From: the human T2T-CHM13v2.0 reference genome, Homo sapiens
Strand: one strand, 5' to 3'
Length of the DNA: 64,000 nt
Assembly: GCF_009914755.1 (NCBI RefSeq)
Contig: NC_060945.1
Positions 43,901 through 60,600 of the stretch are shown here, piece by piece (the first letter of the stretch is position 1; each line of letters starts with the position of its first letter). The translations under genes were made by a program, and so were the position numbers. Under the pieces are notes generated by a model. That model was given only the letters and a program-made list of their open reading frames with translations. It searched no databases and was not told where the DNA came from.

Positions 43901-46900
43901 ATACTATACATAAAATATGAAATTACATCAAATATATATTATATTAGGTACAAAAAATATGAAAGTACATCAAATATAGATTATATACTGTACATTAAAT
44001 ACCAAAGTACCCCAAATATATATTTCATACTGTACAAGAAATATCAAAGTTCACAAACTATATATTATATACTGTACATAAAATATCAAAGTACCTAAGG
44101 TATATATTCTATACTGTACAAAAAATATCAAAGTACCCAAAGCAAGTATTATATACTGTACCTAAAGTATGAAAGTACATCAAATATATATTTTATTCTG
44201 TACATAAAATATCAAAGTACACCAGATATATATTCTATAGTGTACATAAAATATCAAAGTACCCAAACTATACATTATATACTGTACATAAAATATGAAA
44301 TTACATCAAATATATATTATATTAGGTACATAAAATATGAAAGTTCATCAAATATAGATTATACACTGTACATAAAACATCAAAGTACCCCAAATATATA
44401 TTATATACTCTACATGAAATATCAAAGTTCACAAACTATATATTATATACTGTACATAAAATAAAGTCCCCAAGGTATATATTCTATACTGTAGAAAAAA
44501 TATCAAAGTACCCAAAGCATGTATTATATACTGTATATAAAATATGAAAGTACATCAAATATATATTTTATTCTGTACATAATATATCAAAGTACACCAG
44601 ATATATATTCTATAGTGTACATAAAATAACAAAGTACAAAAACTATAAATTAATATACTCTACATAAAATATGAAAGTACATCAAATATAGATTATATAC
44701 TGTACATAAAATTTCAATGTACCCCAAATATATATTTTATACTCTACATGAAATATCAAAGTTCACAAACCATATATTATATACTGTACATAAAATATCA
44801 AAGTACCCAAGGTATATATTCTATACTATACAAAAAATATCAAAGTACCCAAAGCATGTATTATATACTGTACCTAAAATATGAAAGTACATCAAATATA
44901 TATTTTATTCTGTACATAAAATATCAAAGTACACCAGATATATATTCTACAGTGTACATAAAATATCAAAGTACCCAAACTATACATTATATACTGTAAA
45001 TAAAATATGAAATTACATCAAATATATTTTATATTAGGTACATAAAATATGAAAGTACATCAAATATAGATTATATACTGTACATTAAATACCAAAGTAC
45101 CCCAAATATATATTTTATACTGTACATGAAATATCAAAGTTCACAAACTATATATTATATACTGTACATAAATTATCAAAGTACCCAAGGTATATATTCT
45201 ATACTGTACAAAAAATATCAAAGTACCCAAAGCATGTATTATATACTGTACATAAAATATGAAAGTACATCAAATATATATTTTATTCTGTACATAATAT
45301 ATCAAAGTACACCAGATATATATTCTACAGTGTACATAAAATAACAAAGTACACAAACTATACATTATATACTGTACATAAAATATGAAATTACATCAAA
45401 TATATATTAGGTACATAAAATATGAAAGTACATCAAATATAGATTATATACTGTACATAAAATATCAATGTACCCCAAATATATATTTTATACTATACAT
45501 GAAATATCAAAGTTCACAAACCATATATTGTGTACTGTACATAAAATATCAAAGTACCCAAGGTATATGTTCTATACTGTACAAAAAATATCAAAGTACC
45601 CAAAGCATGTATTATATACTGTACATAAAATATGAAAGTACATCAAATATATATTTTATTCCGTACATAAAATATCAAAGTACACCAGATATATATTCTA
45701 TAGTGTACATAAAATATCAAAGTACACAAACTATACATTATATACTCTACATAAAATATGAAATTACATCAAATATATATTATATTAGGTACATAAAATA
45801 TGAAAGTACATCAAATATAGATTATATACTGTACATTAAATACCAAAGTACCCCAAATATATATTTTATACTGTACATGAAATATCAAAGTTCACAAACT
45901 ATATATTACATACTGTACATAAAATATCAAAGTACCCAAGGTATATATTCTATACTGTACAAAAAATATCAAAGTACCCAAAGCATGTATTATATACTGT
46001 ACCTAAAATATGAAAGTACATCAAATATATATTTTATTCTGTACATAAAATATGAAAGTACACCAGATATATATTTTATAGTGTACATAAAATATCAAAG
46101 TACCCAAACTATACATTATATACTGTACATAAAATATGAAATTACATCAAATATATATTATATTAGGTACATAAAATATGAAAGTACATCAAATATAGAT
46201 TATACACTGTACATAAAATATCAAAGTACCCCAAATATATATTATATACTCTACATGAAATATCAAAGTTCACAAACTATATATTATATACTGTACATAA
46301 AATAAAGTCCCCAAGGTATATATTCTATACTGTAGAAAAAATATCAAAGTACCCAAAGCATGTATTATATACTGTATATAAAATATGAAAGTACATCAAA
46401 TATATATTTTATTCTGTACATAATATATCAAAGTACACCAGATATATATTCTATAGTGTACATAAAATAACAAAGTACAAAAACTATAAATTATATACTG
46501 TACATAAAATATGAAATTACATCAAATATATATTAGGTACATAAAATATGAAAGTACATCAAATATAGATTATATACTGTACATAAAATTTCAATGTACC
46601 CCAAATATATATTTTATACTCGACATGAAATATCAAAGTTCACAAACCATATAATATATACTGTACATAAAATATCAAAGTACCCAAGGTATATATTCTA
46701 TAATGTACAAAAAATATCAAAGTACCCAAAGCATGTATTATATACTGTACATAAAATATGAAATTACATCAAATATATATTTTATTCTGTACATAAAATA
46801 TCAAAGTACACCAGATATATATTCTATAGTGTACATAAAATATCAAAGTACCCAAACTATACATTATATACTGTACATAAAATATGAAATTACATCAAAT

Positions 46901-49900
46901 ATTTATTATATTAGGTACATAAAATATGAAAGTACATCAAATATAGATTATATACTGTACATTAAATACCAATGTACCCCAAATATATATTTTATACTGT
47001 ACATGAAATATCAAAGTTCACAAACTATATATTATATACTGTACATAAAATATCAAAGTACCCAAGGTATATATTCTATACTGTACAAAAAATATCAAAG
47101 TACCCAAAGCATGTATTATATACTGTACCTAAAATATGAAAGTACATCAAATATATATTTTATTCTGTACATAAAATATCAAAGTACACCATATATATAT
47201 TCTATAGTGTACATAAAATATCAAAGTACCCAAACTATACATTATATACTGTACATAAAATATGAAATTACATCAAATATATATTATATTAGGTACATAA
47301 AATATGAAAGTACATCAAATATAGATTATACACTGTACATAAAATATCAAAGTACCCCAAATATATATTATATACTCTACATGAAATATCAAAGTTCACA
47401 AACTATATATTATATACTGTACATAAAATATCAAAGTACCCAAGGTATATATTCTATACTGTAGAAAAAATATCAAAGTACCCAAAGCATGTATTATATA
47501 CTGTACATAAAATATGAAATTACATCAAATATATATTTTATTCTGTACATAAAATATCAAAGTACACCAGATATATATTCTATAGTGTACATAAAATAAC
47601 AAAGTACACAAACTATAAATTATATACTGTACATAAAATATGAAATTACATCAAATATATATTAGGTACATAAAATATGAAAGTACATCAAATATAGATT
47701 ATATACTGTACATTAAATATCAATGTACCCCAAATATATATTTTATACTCGACATGAAATACCAAAGTTCACAAACCATATAATATATACTGTACATTAA
47801 ATATCAAAGTACGCAAGGTATATATTCTATACTGTACAAAAAATATCAAAGTACCCAAAGCATGTATTATATACTGTACATAAAATATGAAAGTACATCA
47901 AATATATATTTTATTCTGTACATAAAATATCAAAGTACACCAGATATATATTCTATAGTGTACATAAAATATCAAAGTACCCAAACTATACATTATATAC
48001 TGTACATAAAATATGAAATTACATCAAATATATATTATATTAGGTACATAAAATATGAAAGTACATCAAATATAGATTATATACTGTACATTAAATACCA
48101 AAGTACCCCAAATATATATTTTATACTGTACATGAAATATCAAAGTTCACAAACTATATATTATATACTGTACATAAAATATCAAAGTACCCAAGGTATA
48201 TATTCTATACTGTACAAAAAATATCAAAGTACCCAAAGCGTGTATTATATACTGTATATAAAATATGAAATTACATCAAATATATATTTTATTCTGTACA
48301 TACAATATCAAAGTACACCAGATATATATTCTATAGTGTACATAAAATATCAAAGTACCCAAACTATACATTATATACTGTACATAAAATATGAAAGTAC
48401 ATCAAATATATATTATATTAGGTACATAAAATATGAAAGTACATCAAATATAGATTATATACTGTACATTAAATACCAAAGTACCCCAAATATACATTTT
48501 ATACTGTACATGAAATATCAAAGTTCACAAACTATATATTATATACTGTACATAAAATATCAAAGTACCTAAGGTATATATTCTATACTGTACAAAAAAT
48601 ATCAAAGTACCCAAAGCACGTATTATATACTGTACCTAAAATATGAAAGTACATCAAATATATATTTTATTCAGTACATAAAATATCAAAGTACACCAGA
48701 TATATATTCTATAGTGTACATAAAATATCAAAGTACCCAAACTATACATTATATACTGTACATAAAATATGAAATTACATCAAATATATATTATATTAGG
48801 TACATAAAATATGAAAGTACATCAAATATAGATTATACACTGTACATAAAATATGAAAGTACCCCAAATATATATTATATACTCTACATGAAATATCAAA
48901 GTTCACAAACTATATATTATATACTGTACATAAAATAAAGTCCCCAAGGTATATATTCTATACTGTAGAAAAAATATCAAAGTACCCAAAGCATGTATTA
49001 TATACTGTATATAAAATATGAAAGTACATCAAATATATATTTTATTCTGTACATAATATATCAAAGTAGACCAGATATATATTCTATAGTGTACATAAAA
49101 TAACAAAGTACAAAAACTATAAATTATATACTGTACATAAAATATGAAATTACATCAAATATATATTAGGTACATAAAATATGAAAGTACATCAAATATA
49201 GATTATATACTGTACATAAAATTTCAATGTACCCCAAATATATATTTTATACTCTACATGAAATATCAAAGTTCACAAACCATATATTATATACTGTACA
49301 TAAAATATCAAAGTTCCCAAGGTATATATTCTATACTATACAAAAAATATCAAAGTACCCAAAGCATGTATTATATACTGTACCTAAAATATGAAAGTAC
49401 ATCAAATATATATTTTATTCTGTACATAAAATATCAAAGTACACCAGATATATATTCTATAGTGTACATAAAATATCAAAGTACCCAAACTATACATTAT
49501 ATACTGTACATAAAATATGAAATTACATCAAATATATTTTATATTAGGTACATGAAATATGAAAGTACATCAAATATAGATTATATACTGTACATTAAAT
49601 ACCAAAGTACCCCAAATATATATTTTATACTGTACATGTAATATCAAAGTTCACAAACTATATATTATATACTGTACATATAATATCAAAGTACCCAAGG
49701 TATATATTCTATACTGTACAAAAAATAACAAAGTACCAAAAGCATGTATAATATACTGTACATAAAATATGAAAGTACATCAAATATATATTTTATTCTG
49801 TACATAAAATATCAAAGTACACCAGATATATATTCTATAATGTACATAAAATATCAAAGTACCCAAACTATACATTATATACTGTACATAAAATATGAAA

Positions 49901-50300
49901 TTACATCAAATATATATTATATAAGGTACATAAAATATGAAAGTACAGCAAATATAGATTATATACTGTACATTATATACCAAAGAACCCCAAATATATA
50001 TTATATACTCTGCATGAAATATCAAAGTTCACAAACTATATATTATATACTGTACATAAAATATCAAAGTACCCAAGGTATATATTCTATACTGTACAAA
50101 AAATATCAAAGTACCCAAAGCATGTATTATATACTGTATATAAAATATGAAAGTACATCAAATATATATTTTATTCTGTACATAAAATATCAAAGTACAC
50201 CAGATATATATTCTATAGTGTACATAAAATAACAAGGTACAAAAACTATAAATTATATAATGTACATAAAATATGAAATTACATCAAATATATATTAGGT
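35000..50300. repeat. Mosaic zone of shuffled 9-mer blocks without one fixed period
   Basis: Matching blocks occur at different offsets: 753 (38500/39253), 6354 (40349/46703), 8241 (37144/45385) and 4474 (44240/48714). The 3-bp-deleted B monomer CATAAAATAAAGTCCCC recurs through the zone. Confidence 0.75.
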
Positions 50301-51699
50301 ACATAAAATATGAAAGTACATCAAATATAGATTATATACTGTACATAAAATATCAATGTACCCCAAATATATATTTTATACTCGACATGAAATACCAAAG
50401 TTCACAAACCATATAATATATACTGTACATAAAATATCAAAGTACCCAAGGTATGTATTCTATACTGTACAAAAAATATCAAAGTACCCAAAGCATGTAT
50501 TATATACTGTACATAAAATATGAAAGTACATCAAATATATATTTTATTCTGTACATAAAATATGAAAGTACACCAGATATATATTCTATAGTGTACATAA
50601 AATATCAAAGTACCCAAACTATACATTATATCCTGTACATAAAATATGAAATTACATCAAATATATATTATATTAGGTACATAAAATATGAAAGTACATC
50701 AAATATAGATTATATACTGTACATTAAATACCAAAGTAACCCAAATATATATTTTATACTGTACATGAAATTTCAAAGTTCACAAACTATATATTATATA
50801 CTGTACATAAAATATCAAAGTACCCAAGGTATATATTCTATACTGTGCAAAAAATATCAAAGTACCCAAAGCATGTATTATATACTGTACATAAAATATG
50901 AAAGTACATCAAATATATATTTTATTCTGTACATAAAATATCAAAGTACACCAGATATATATTCTATAGTGTACATAAAATAACAAAGTACACAAAGTAT
51001 AAATTTTATACTGTACATAAAATATGAAATTACATCAAATATATATTAGGTACATAAAATATGAAAGTAGATCAAATATAGATTATATACTGTACATAAA
51101 ATATCAAAGTACCCCAAATATATATTATATACTCTACATGAAATATCAAAGTTCACAAACTATATATTATATACTGTACATAAAATATCAAAGTACCCAA
51201 GGTATATATTCTATACTGTACAAAAAATATCAAAGTACCCAAAGGATGTATTGTATACTGTACATAAAATATGAAAGTACATCAAATATATATTTTATTC
51301 TGTACATAAAATATCAAAGTACACCAGATATATATTCTATAGTGTACATAAAGTAACAAAGTTCACAAACTATACATTATATACTGTACATAAAATATGA
51401 AATTACATCAAATATGTATTAGGTTCATAAAATATGAAAGTACATCAAATATAGATTATATACTGTACATAAAATATCAATGTACCCCAAATATATATTT
51501 TATACTCTACATGAAATATCAAAGTTCACAAACCATATATTATATACTGTACATAAAATATCAAAGTACCCAAAGTATATATTCTATACTATACAAAAAA
51601 TATCAAACTACCCAAAGCATGTATTATATACTGTACATAAAATATGAAAGTACATCAAATATATATTTTATTCTGTACATAAAATATCAAAGTACACCA

Positions 51700-54600
51700 G
51701 ATATATATTCTATAGTGTACATAAAATATCAAAATACCCAAACTATACATTATATACTGTACATAAAATATGAGATTACATCAAATATATATTATATTAG
51801 GTACATAAAATATGAAAGTACATCAAATATAGATTATATACTGTACATAAAATATCAAAGTACCCCAAATATATATTATATACTGTACATGAAATATCAA
51901 AGTTCACAACTATATATTACATACTGTACATAAAATATCAAAGTACCCAATTTATATATTCTATACTGTACAAAAAATATCAAAGTACCCAAAGCATGTA
52001 TTATATACTGTACATAAAATATGAAAGTACATCAGATATATATTTTATTCTGTACATAAAATATCAAAGTACAGAAGATATATATTCTATAGTGTATATA
52101 AAATATCAAAGTACCCAAACTATACATTATATACTGTACATAAAATATGAAATTACATCAAATATGTATTATATTAGGTACATAAAATATGAAAGTACAT
52201 GAAATATAGATTATATACTGTACATAAAATATCAAAGTACCCCAAATTTATATTACATACTATACATGAAATATCAAAGTTCACAAACTATATATTATAT
52301 ACTGTACATAAAATATCAAAGTACCCAAGGTATATATTCTATAGTGTACAAAAAATATCAAAGTACCCAAAGCATGTATTATATACTGTACATAAAATAT
52401 AAAATTACATCAAATATATATTTTATTCTGTACATAAAATATCAAAGTACACCAGATATATATACTATAGTGTACATAAAATATCAAAGTACACAAACTA
52501 TACATTATACACTGTACATAAAATATGAAATTACATCAAATATATATTAGGTACATAAAATATGAAAGTACATCAAATATAGATTATATACTGTACATAT
52601 AATATCAATGTACCCCAAATATATATTTTATACTCTACATGAAATATCAAAGTTCACAAACCATATATTATATACTGTACATAAAATATCAAAGTACCCA
52701 AGGTATATATTCTATACTGTACAAAAAATATCAAAGTACCAAAAGCATGTATTATATACTGTACATAAAATATGAAAGTACATCAAATATATATTTTATT
52801 CTGTACATAAAATATCAAAGTACACCAGATATATATTCTATAGTGTACATAAAATATCAAAGTACCCAAACTATACATTATATACTGTAAATAAAATATG
52901 AAATTACATCAAATATACTTTATATTAGGTACATAAAATATGAAAGTACATCAAATATAGATTATATACTGTGCATGAAATACCAAAGTACCCCAAATAT
53001 ATATTTTATACTGTACATGAAATATCAAAGTTCACAAACTATATATTATATACTGTACATAAAATATCAAAGTACCCAAGGTATATATTCTATACTGTAC
53101 AAAAAATATCAAAGTACCCAAAGCATGTATTATATACTGTACCTAAAATATGAAAGTACATCAAATATATATTTTATTCTGTACATAAAATATCAAAGTA
53201 CACCAGATATATATTCTATAGTGTACATAAAATATCAAAGTACCCAAACTATACATTATATACTGTACATAAAATATGAAATTACATCAAATATATATTA
53301 TATTAGGTACATAAAATATGAAAGTACATCAAATATAGATTATATACTGTACATAAAATATCAATGTACCCCAAATATATATTTTATACTATACATGAAA
53401 TATCAAAGTTCACAAACCATATATTGTATACTGTACATAAAATATCAAAGTACCCAAGGTATATATTCTATACTGTAGAAAAAATATCAAAGTACCCAAA
53501 GCACGTATTATATACTGTACATAAAATATGAAAGTACATCAAATATATATTTTATTCTGTACATAATATATCAAAGTACACCAGATATATATTCTATAGT
53601 GTACATAAAATATCAAAGTACCCAAACTATACATTATATACTGTACATAAAATATGAAATTACATGAAATCTATATTAGGTACATAAAATATGAAAGAAC
53701 ATCAAATATAGATTATATACTGTACATAAAATATCAAAGTACCCAAAATATATATTATATACTGTACATGAAATATCAAAGTTCACAAACTATATATTAT
53801 ATACTGTACATAAAATATCAAAGTACCCAAGGTATATATTCTATACTGTGCAAAAAATATCAAAGTACCCAAAGCATGTATTATATACTGTATATAAAAT
53901 ATGAAAGTACATCAAATATATATTTTATTCTGTACATAAAATATCAAAGTACACCAGATATATATTCTATAGTGTACATAAAATAACAAAGTACAAAAAC
54001 TATAAATTTTATACTGTACATAAAATATGAAATTACATCAAATATATATTAAGTACATAAAATATGAAAGTACATCAAATATAGATTTTATACTGTACAT
54101 AAAATATCAATGTACCCCAAATATATATTTTATACTCTACATGAAATATCAAAGTTCACAAAGCATATATTATATACTGTACATAAAATATCAAAGTACC
54201 CAAGGTATATATTCTATACTACACAAAAAATATCAAAGTACCCAAAGCATGTATTATATACTGTACATAAAATATGAAAGTACATCAAATATATATTTTA
54301 TTCTGTACATAAAATATCAAAGTACACCAGATATATATTCTATAGTGTACATAATATATCAAAGTACCCAAACTATACATTATATACTATACATAAAATA
54401 TGAGATTACATCAAATATATATTATATTAGGTACATAAAATATGAAAGTACATCAAATATAGATTATATACTGTACATAAAATATCAAAGTACCCCAAAT
54501 ATATATTATATACTCTACATGAAATATCAAAGTTCACAAACTATGTATTATATACTGTACATAAAATATCAAAGTACCCAAGGTATATATTCTATACTGT

Positions 54601-57600
54601 ACAACAAATATCAAAGTACCCAAAGCATGTATTATATACTGTATATAAAATATGAAAGTACATTAAATATATATTTTATTCTGTACATAAAATACCAAAG
54701 TACACCAGATATATATTCTATAGTGTACATAAAATAAAAAAGTACAGAAACTATAAATTATATACTGTACATAAAATATGAAATTACATCAAATATATAT
54801 TAGGTACATAAAATATGAAAGTACATCAAATATAGATTATATACTGTACATATAATATCAATGTACCCCAAATATATATTTTATACTCTACATGAAATAT
54901 CAAAGTTCACAAACCATACATTATATACTGTACATAAAATATCAAAGTACCCAAGGTATATATTCTATAGTGTACAAAAAATATCAAAGTACCCAAAGCA
55001 TGTATTATATACTGTACATAAAATATGAAAGTACATCAAATATATATTTTATTCTGTACATAAAATATCAAAGTACACCAGATATATATTCTATAGTGTA
55101 CATAAAATATCAAAGTACCCAAACTATACATTATATACTGTACATAAAATATGAGATTACATCAAATATATATTATATTAGGTACATAAAATATGAAAGT
55201 ACATCAAATATAGATTATATACTGTACATAAAATATCAAAGTACCCCAAATATATATTATATACTGTACATGAAATATCAAAGTTCACAACTATATATTA
55301 CATACTGTACATAAAATATCAAAGTACCCAATTTATATATTCTATACTGTACAAAAAATATCAAAGTACCCAAAGCATGTATTATATACTGTACATAAAA
55401 TATGAAAGTACATCAAATATATATTTTATTCTGTACATAAAATATCAAAGTACAGAAGATATATATTGTATAGTGTATATAAAATATCAAAGTACCCAAA
55501 CTATACATTATATACTGTACATAAAATATGAAATTACATCAAATATGTATTATATTAGGTACATAAAATATGAAAGTACATGAAATATAGATTATATACT
55601 GTACATAAAATATCAAAGTACCCCAAATTTATATTATATACTATACATGAAATATCAAAGTTCACAAACTATATATTATATACTGTACATAAAATATCAA
55701 AGTACCCAAGGTATATATTCTATAGTTTACAAAAAATATCAAAGTACCCAAAGCATGTATTATATACTGTACATAAAATATAAAATTACATCAAATATAT
55801 ATTTTATTCTGTACATAAAATATCAAAGTACACCAGATATATATACTATAGTGTACATAAAATATCAAAGTACCCAAACTATACATTATACACTGTACAT
55901 AAAATATGAAATTACATCAAATATATATTAGGTACATAAAATATGAAAGTACATCAAATATAGATTATATACTGTACATATAATATCAATGTACCCCAAA
56001 TATATATTTTATACTCTACATGAAATATCAAAGTTCACAAACCATATATTATATACTGTACATAAAATATCAAAGTACCCAAGGTATATATTCTATACTG
56101 TACAAAACATATCAAAGTACCCAAAGCATTTATTATATACTGTACATAAAATATGAAACTACATCAAATATATATTTTATTCTGTACATAAAATATCAAA
56201 GTACACCAGATATATATTCTATAGTGTACATAAAATATCAAAGTACCCAAACTATACATTATATACTGTACATAAAATATGAAATTACATCAAATATATT
56301 TTATATTAGGTACATAAAATATGAAAGTACATCAAATATAGATTATATACTGTACATTAAATACCAAAGTACCCCAAATATATATTTTATACTGTACATG
56401 AAATATCAAAGTTCACACACTATATATTATATACTGTACATAAAATATCAAAGTACCCAAGGTATATATTCTATACTGTACAAAAAATATCAAAGTACCC
56501 AAAGCATGTATTATATACTGTACATAAAATATGAAAGTACATCAAATATATATTTTATTCTGTACATAAAATATCAAAGTACACCAGATATATATTCTAT
56601 AGTGTACACAAAATAACAAAGTACACAAACTATAAATTATATACTGTACATAAAATATGAAATTACATCAAATATATATTAGGTACATAAAATATGAAAG
56701 TACATCACATATAGATTATATACTGAACACATAATATCAATGTACCCCAAATATATATTTTATACTCTACATGAAATATCAAAGTTCAGAAACCATACAT
56801 TATATACTGTACATAAAATATCAAAGTACCCAAGGTATATATTCTATACTGTACAAAAAATATCAAAGTACCCAAAGCATGTATTATATACTGTACATAA
56901 AATATGAAAGTACATCAAATATATATTTTATTCTGTACATAAAATATCAAAGTACACCAGATATATATTCTATAGTGTACATAAAATATCAAAGTACCCA
57001 AACTATACATTATATACTGTACATAAAATATGAAATTACATCAAATATATATTAGGTACATAAAATATGAAAGTACATCAAATATAGATTATATACTGTA
57101 CATAAAATATCAAAGTACCCCAAATATATATTATATACTCTACATGAAATATCAAAGTTCACAAACTATATATTATATACTGTACATAAAATATCAAAGT
57201 ACCCAAGGTATATATTCTATACTGTGCGAAAAATATCAAAGTACCCAAAGCATGTATTATATACTGTATATAAAATATGAAAATACATCAAATATATATT
57301 TTATTCTGTACATAAAATATCAAAGTACACCAGATATATATTCTATAGTGTACATAAAATAACAAAGTACACAAACTATAAATTATATACTGTACATAAA
57401 ATATGAAATTACATCAAATATATATTAGGTACATAAAATATGAAAGTACATCAAATATAGATTATATACTGTACATATAATATCAATGTACCCCAAAAAT
57501 ATATTTTATACTCTACATGAAATATCAAAGTTCACAAACCGTACATTATATACTGTACATAAAATATCAAAGTACCCAAGGTATATATTCTATACTGTAC

Positions 57601-60600
57601 AAAAAATATCAAAGTACCCAAAGCATGTATTATATACTGTACATAAAATATGAAAGTACATCAAATATATATTTTATTCTGTACATAAAATATCAAAGTA
57701 CACCAGATATATATTCTATAGTGTACATAAAGTAACAAAGTACACAAACTATACATTATATACTGTACATAAAATATGAAATTACATCAAATATATATTA
57801 GGTACATAAAATATGAAAGTACATCAAATATAGATTATATACTGTACATAAAATATCAATGTACCCCAAATATATATTTTATACTCTACATGAAATATGA
57901 AAGTTCACAAACCATATATTATATACTGTACATAAAATATCAAAGTACCCAATGTATATATTCTATACTATACAAAAAATATCAAAGTACCCAAAGCATA
58001 TATTATATACTGTACATAAAATGTGAAAGTACATCAAATATATATCTTATTCTGTACATAAAATATCAAAGTACCCAAACTATACATTATATACTGTACA
58101 TAAAATATGAAATTACATCAAATATATATTAGGTACATAAAATATGAAAGTACATCAAATATAGATTATATACTGTACATAAAATATCAAAGTACCCCAA
58201 ATATATATTATATACTCTACATGAAATATCAAAGTTCACAAACTATATATTATATACTGTACATATAATATGAAAGTACCCAAAGTATATATTCTATACT
58301 GTACAAAAAATATCAAAGTACCAAAAGCATGTATTATATACTGTATATAAAATATGAAAGTATATTAAATATATATTTTATTCTGTACATAAAATATCAA
58401 AGTACACCAGATATATATTCTATAGTGTACAGAAAATAACAAAGTACACAAACTATAAATTATATACTGTACATAAAATATGAAATTACATCAAATATAT
58501 ATTAGATACATAAAATATGAAAGTACATCAAATATAGATTATATACTGTACATATAATATCAATGTACCCCAAATATATATTTTATACTCTACATGAAAT
58601 ATCAAAGTTCACAAACCATACATTATATACTGTACATAAAATATCAAAGTACCCAAGGTATATATTCTATAGTGTACAAAAAATATCAAAGTACCCAAAG
58701 CATGTATTATATACTGTACATAAAATATGAAAGTACATCAAATATATATTTTATTCTGTACATAAAATATCAAAGTACACCAGATATATATTCTATAGTG
58801 TACATAAAATATCAAAGTACCCAAACTATACATTATATACTGTACATAAAATATGAAATTACATCAAATATATATTATATTAGGTACATAAAATATGAAA
58901 GTACATCAAATATAGATTATATACTGTACATAAAATATCAAAGTACCCCAAATATATATTATATACTGTACATGAAATATCAAAGTTCACAACTATATAT
59001 TATATACTGTACATAAAATATCAAAGTACCCAAGGTATATATTCTATACTGTACAAAAAATATCAAAGTACCCCAAGCATGTATTATATACTGTACATAA
59101 AATATGAAATTACATCAAATATATATTATATTGGGTACATAAAATATGAAAGTACATCAAAAATAGATTATATACTGTACATAAAATATCAAAGTACCCC
59201 AAATATATATTATATACTGTATATGAAATATCAAAGTTCACAACTATATATTACATACTGTACATAAAATATCAAAGTACCCAATTTATATATTCTATAC
59301 TGTACAAAAAATATCAAAGTACCCAAAGCATGTATTATATACTGTACATAAAATATGAAAGTACATCAAATATATATTTTATTCTGTACATAAAATATCA
59401 AAGTACAGAAGATATATATTCTATAGTGTATATAAAATATCAAAGTACCCAAACTATACATTATATACTGTACATAAAATATGAAATTACATCAAATATG
59501 TATTATATTAGGTACATAAAATATGAAAGTACATGAAATATAGATTATATACTGTACATAAAATATCAAAGTACCCCAAATTTATATTATATACTATACA
59601 TGAAATATCAAAGTTCACAAACTATATATTATATACTGTACATAAAATATCAAAGTACCCAAGGTATATATTCTATAATGTACAAAAAATATCAAAGTAC
59701 CCAAAGCATGTATTATATACTGTACATAAAATATAAAATTACATCAAATATATATTTTATTCTGTACATAAAATATCAAAGTACACCAGATATATATACT
59801 ATAGTGTACATAAAATATCAAAGTACCCAAACTATACATTATACACTGTACATATAATATGAAATTACATCAAATATATATTAGGTACATAAAATATGAA
59901 AGTACATCAAATATAGATTATATACTGTACATATAATATCAATGTACCCCAAATATATATTTTATACTCTACATGAAATATCAAAGTTCACAAACCATAT
60001 ATTATGTAATGTACATAAAATATCAAAGTACCCAAGGTATATATTCTATACTGTACAAAACATATCAAAGTACCCAAACCATTTATTATATACTGTACAT
60101 AAAATATGAAACTACATCAAATATATATTTTATTCTGTACATAAAATATCAAAGTACACCAGATATATATTCTATAGTGTACATAAAATATCAAAGTACC
60201 CAAACTATACATTATATACTGTACATAAAATATGAAATTACATCAAATATATTTTATATTAGGTACATAAAATATGAAAGTACATCAAATATATTTTATA
60301 TTAGGTACATAAAATATGAAAGTACATCAAATATAGATTATATACTGTACATTAAATACCAAAGTACCCCAAATATATATTTTATACTGTACATGAAATA
60401 TCAAAGTTCACACACTATATATTATATACTGTACATAAAATATCAAAGTACCCAAGGTATATATTCTATACTGTACAAAAAATATCAAAGTACCCAAAGC
60501 ATGTATTATATACTGTACATAAAATATGAAAGTACATCAAATATATATTTTATTCTGTACATAAAATATCAAAGTACACCAGATATATATTCTATAGTGT

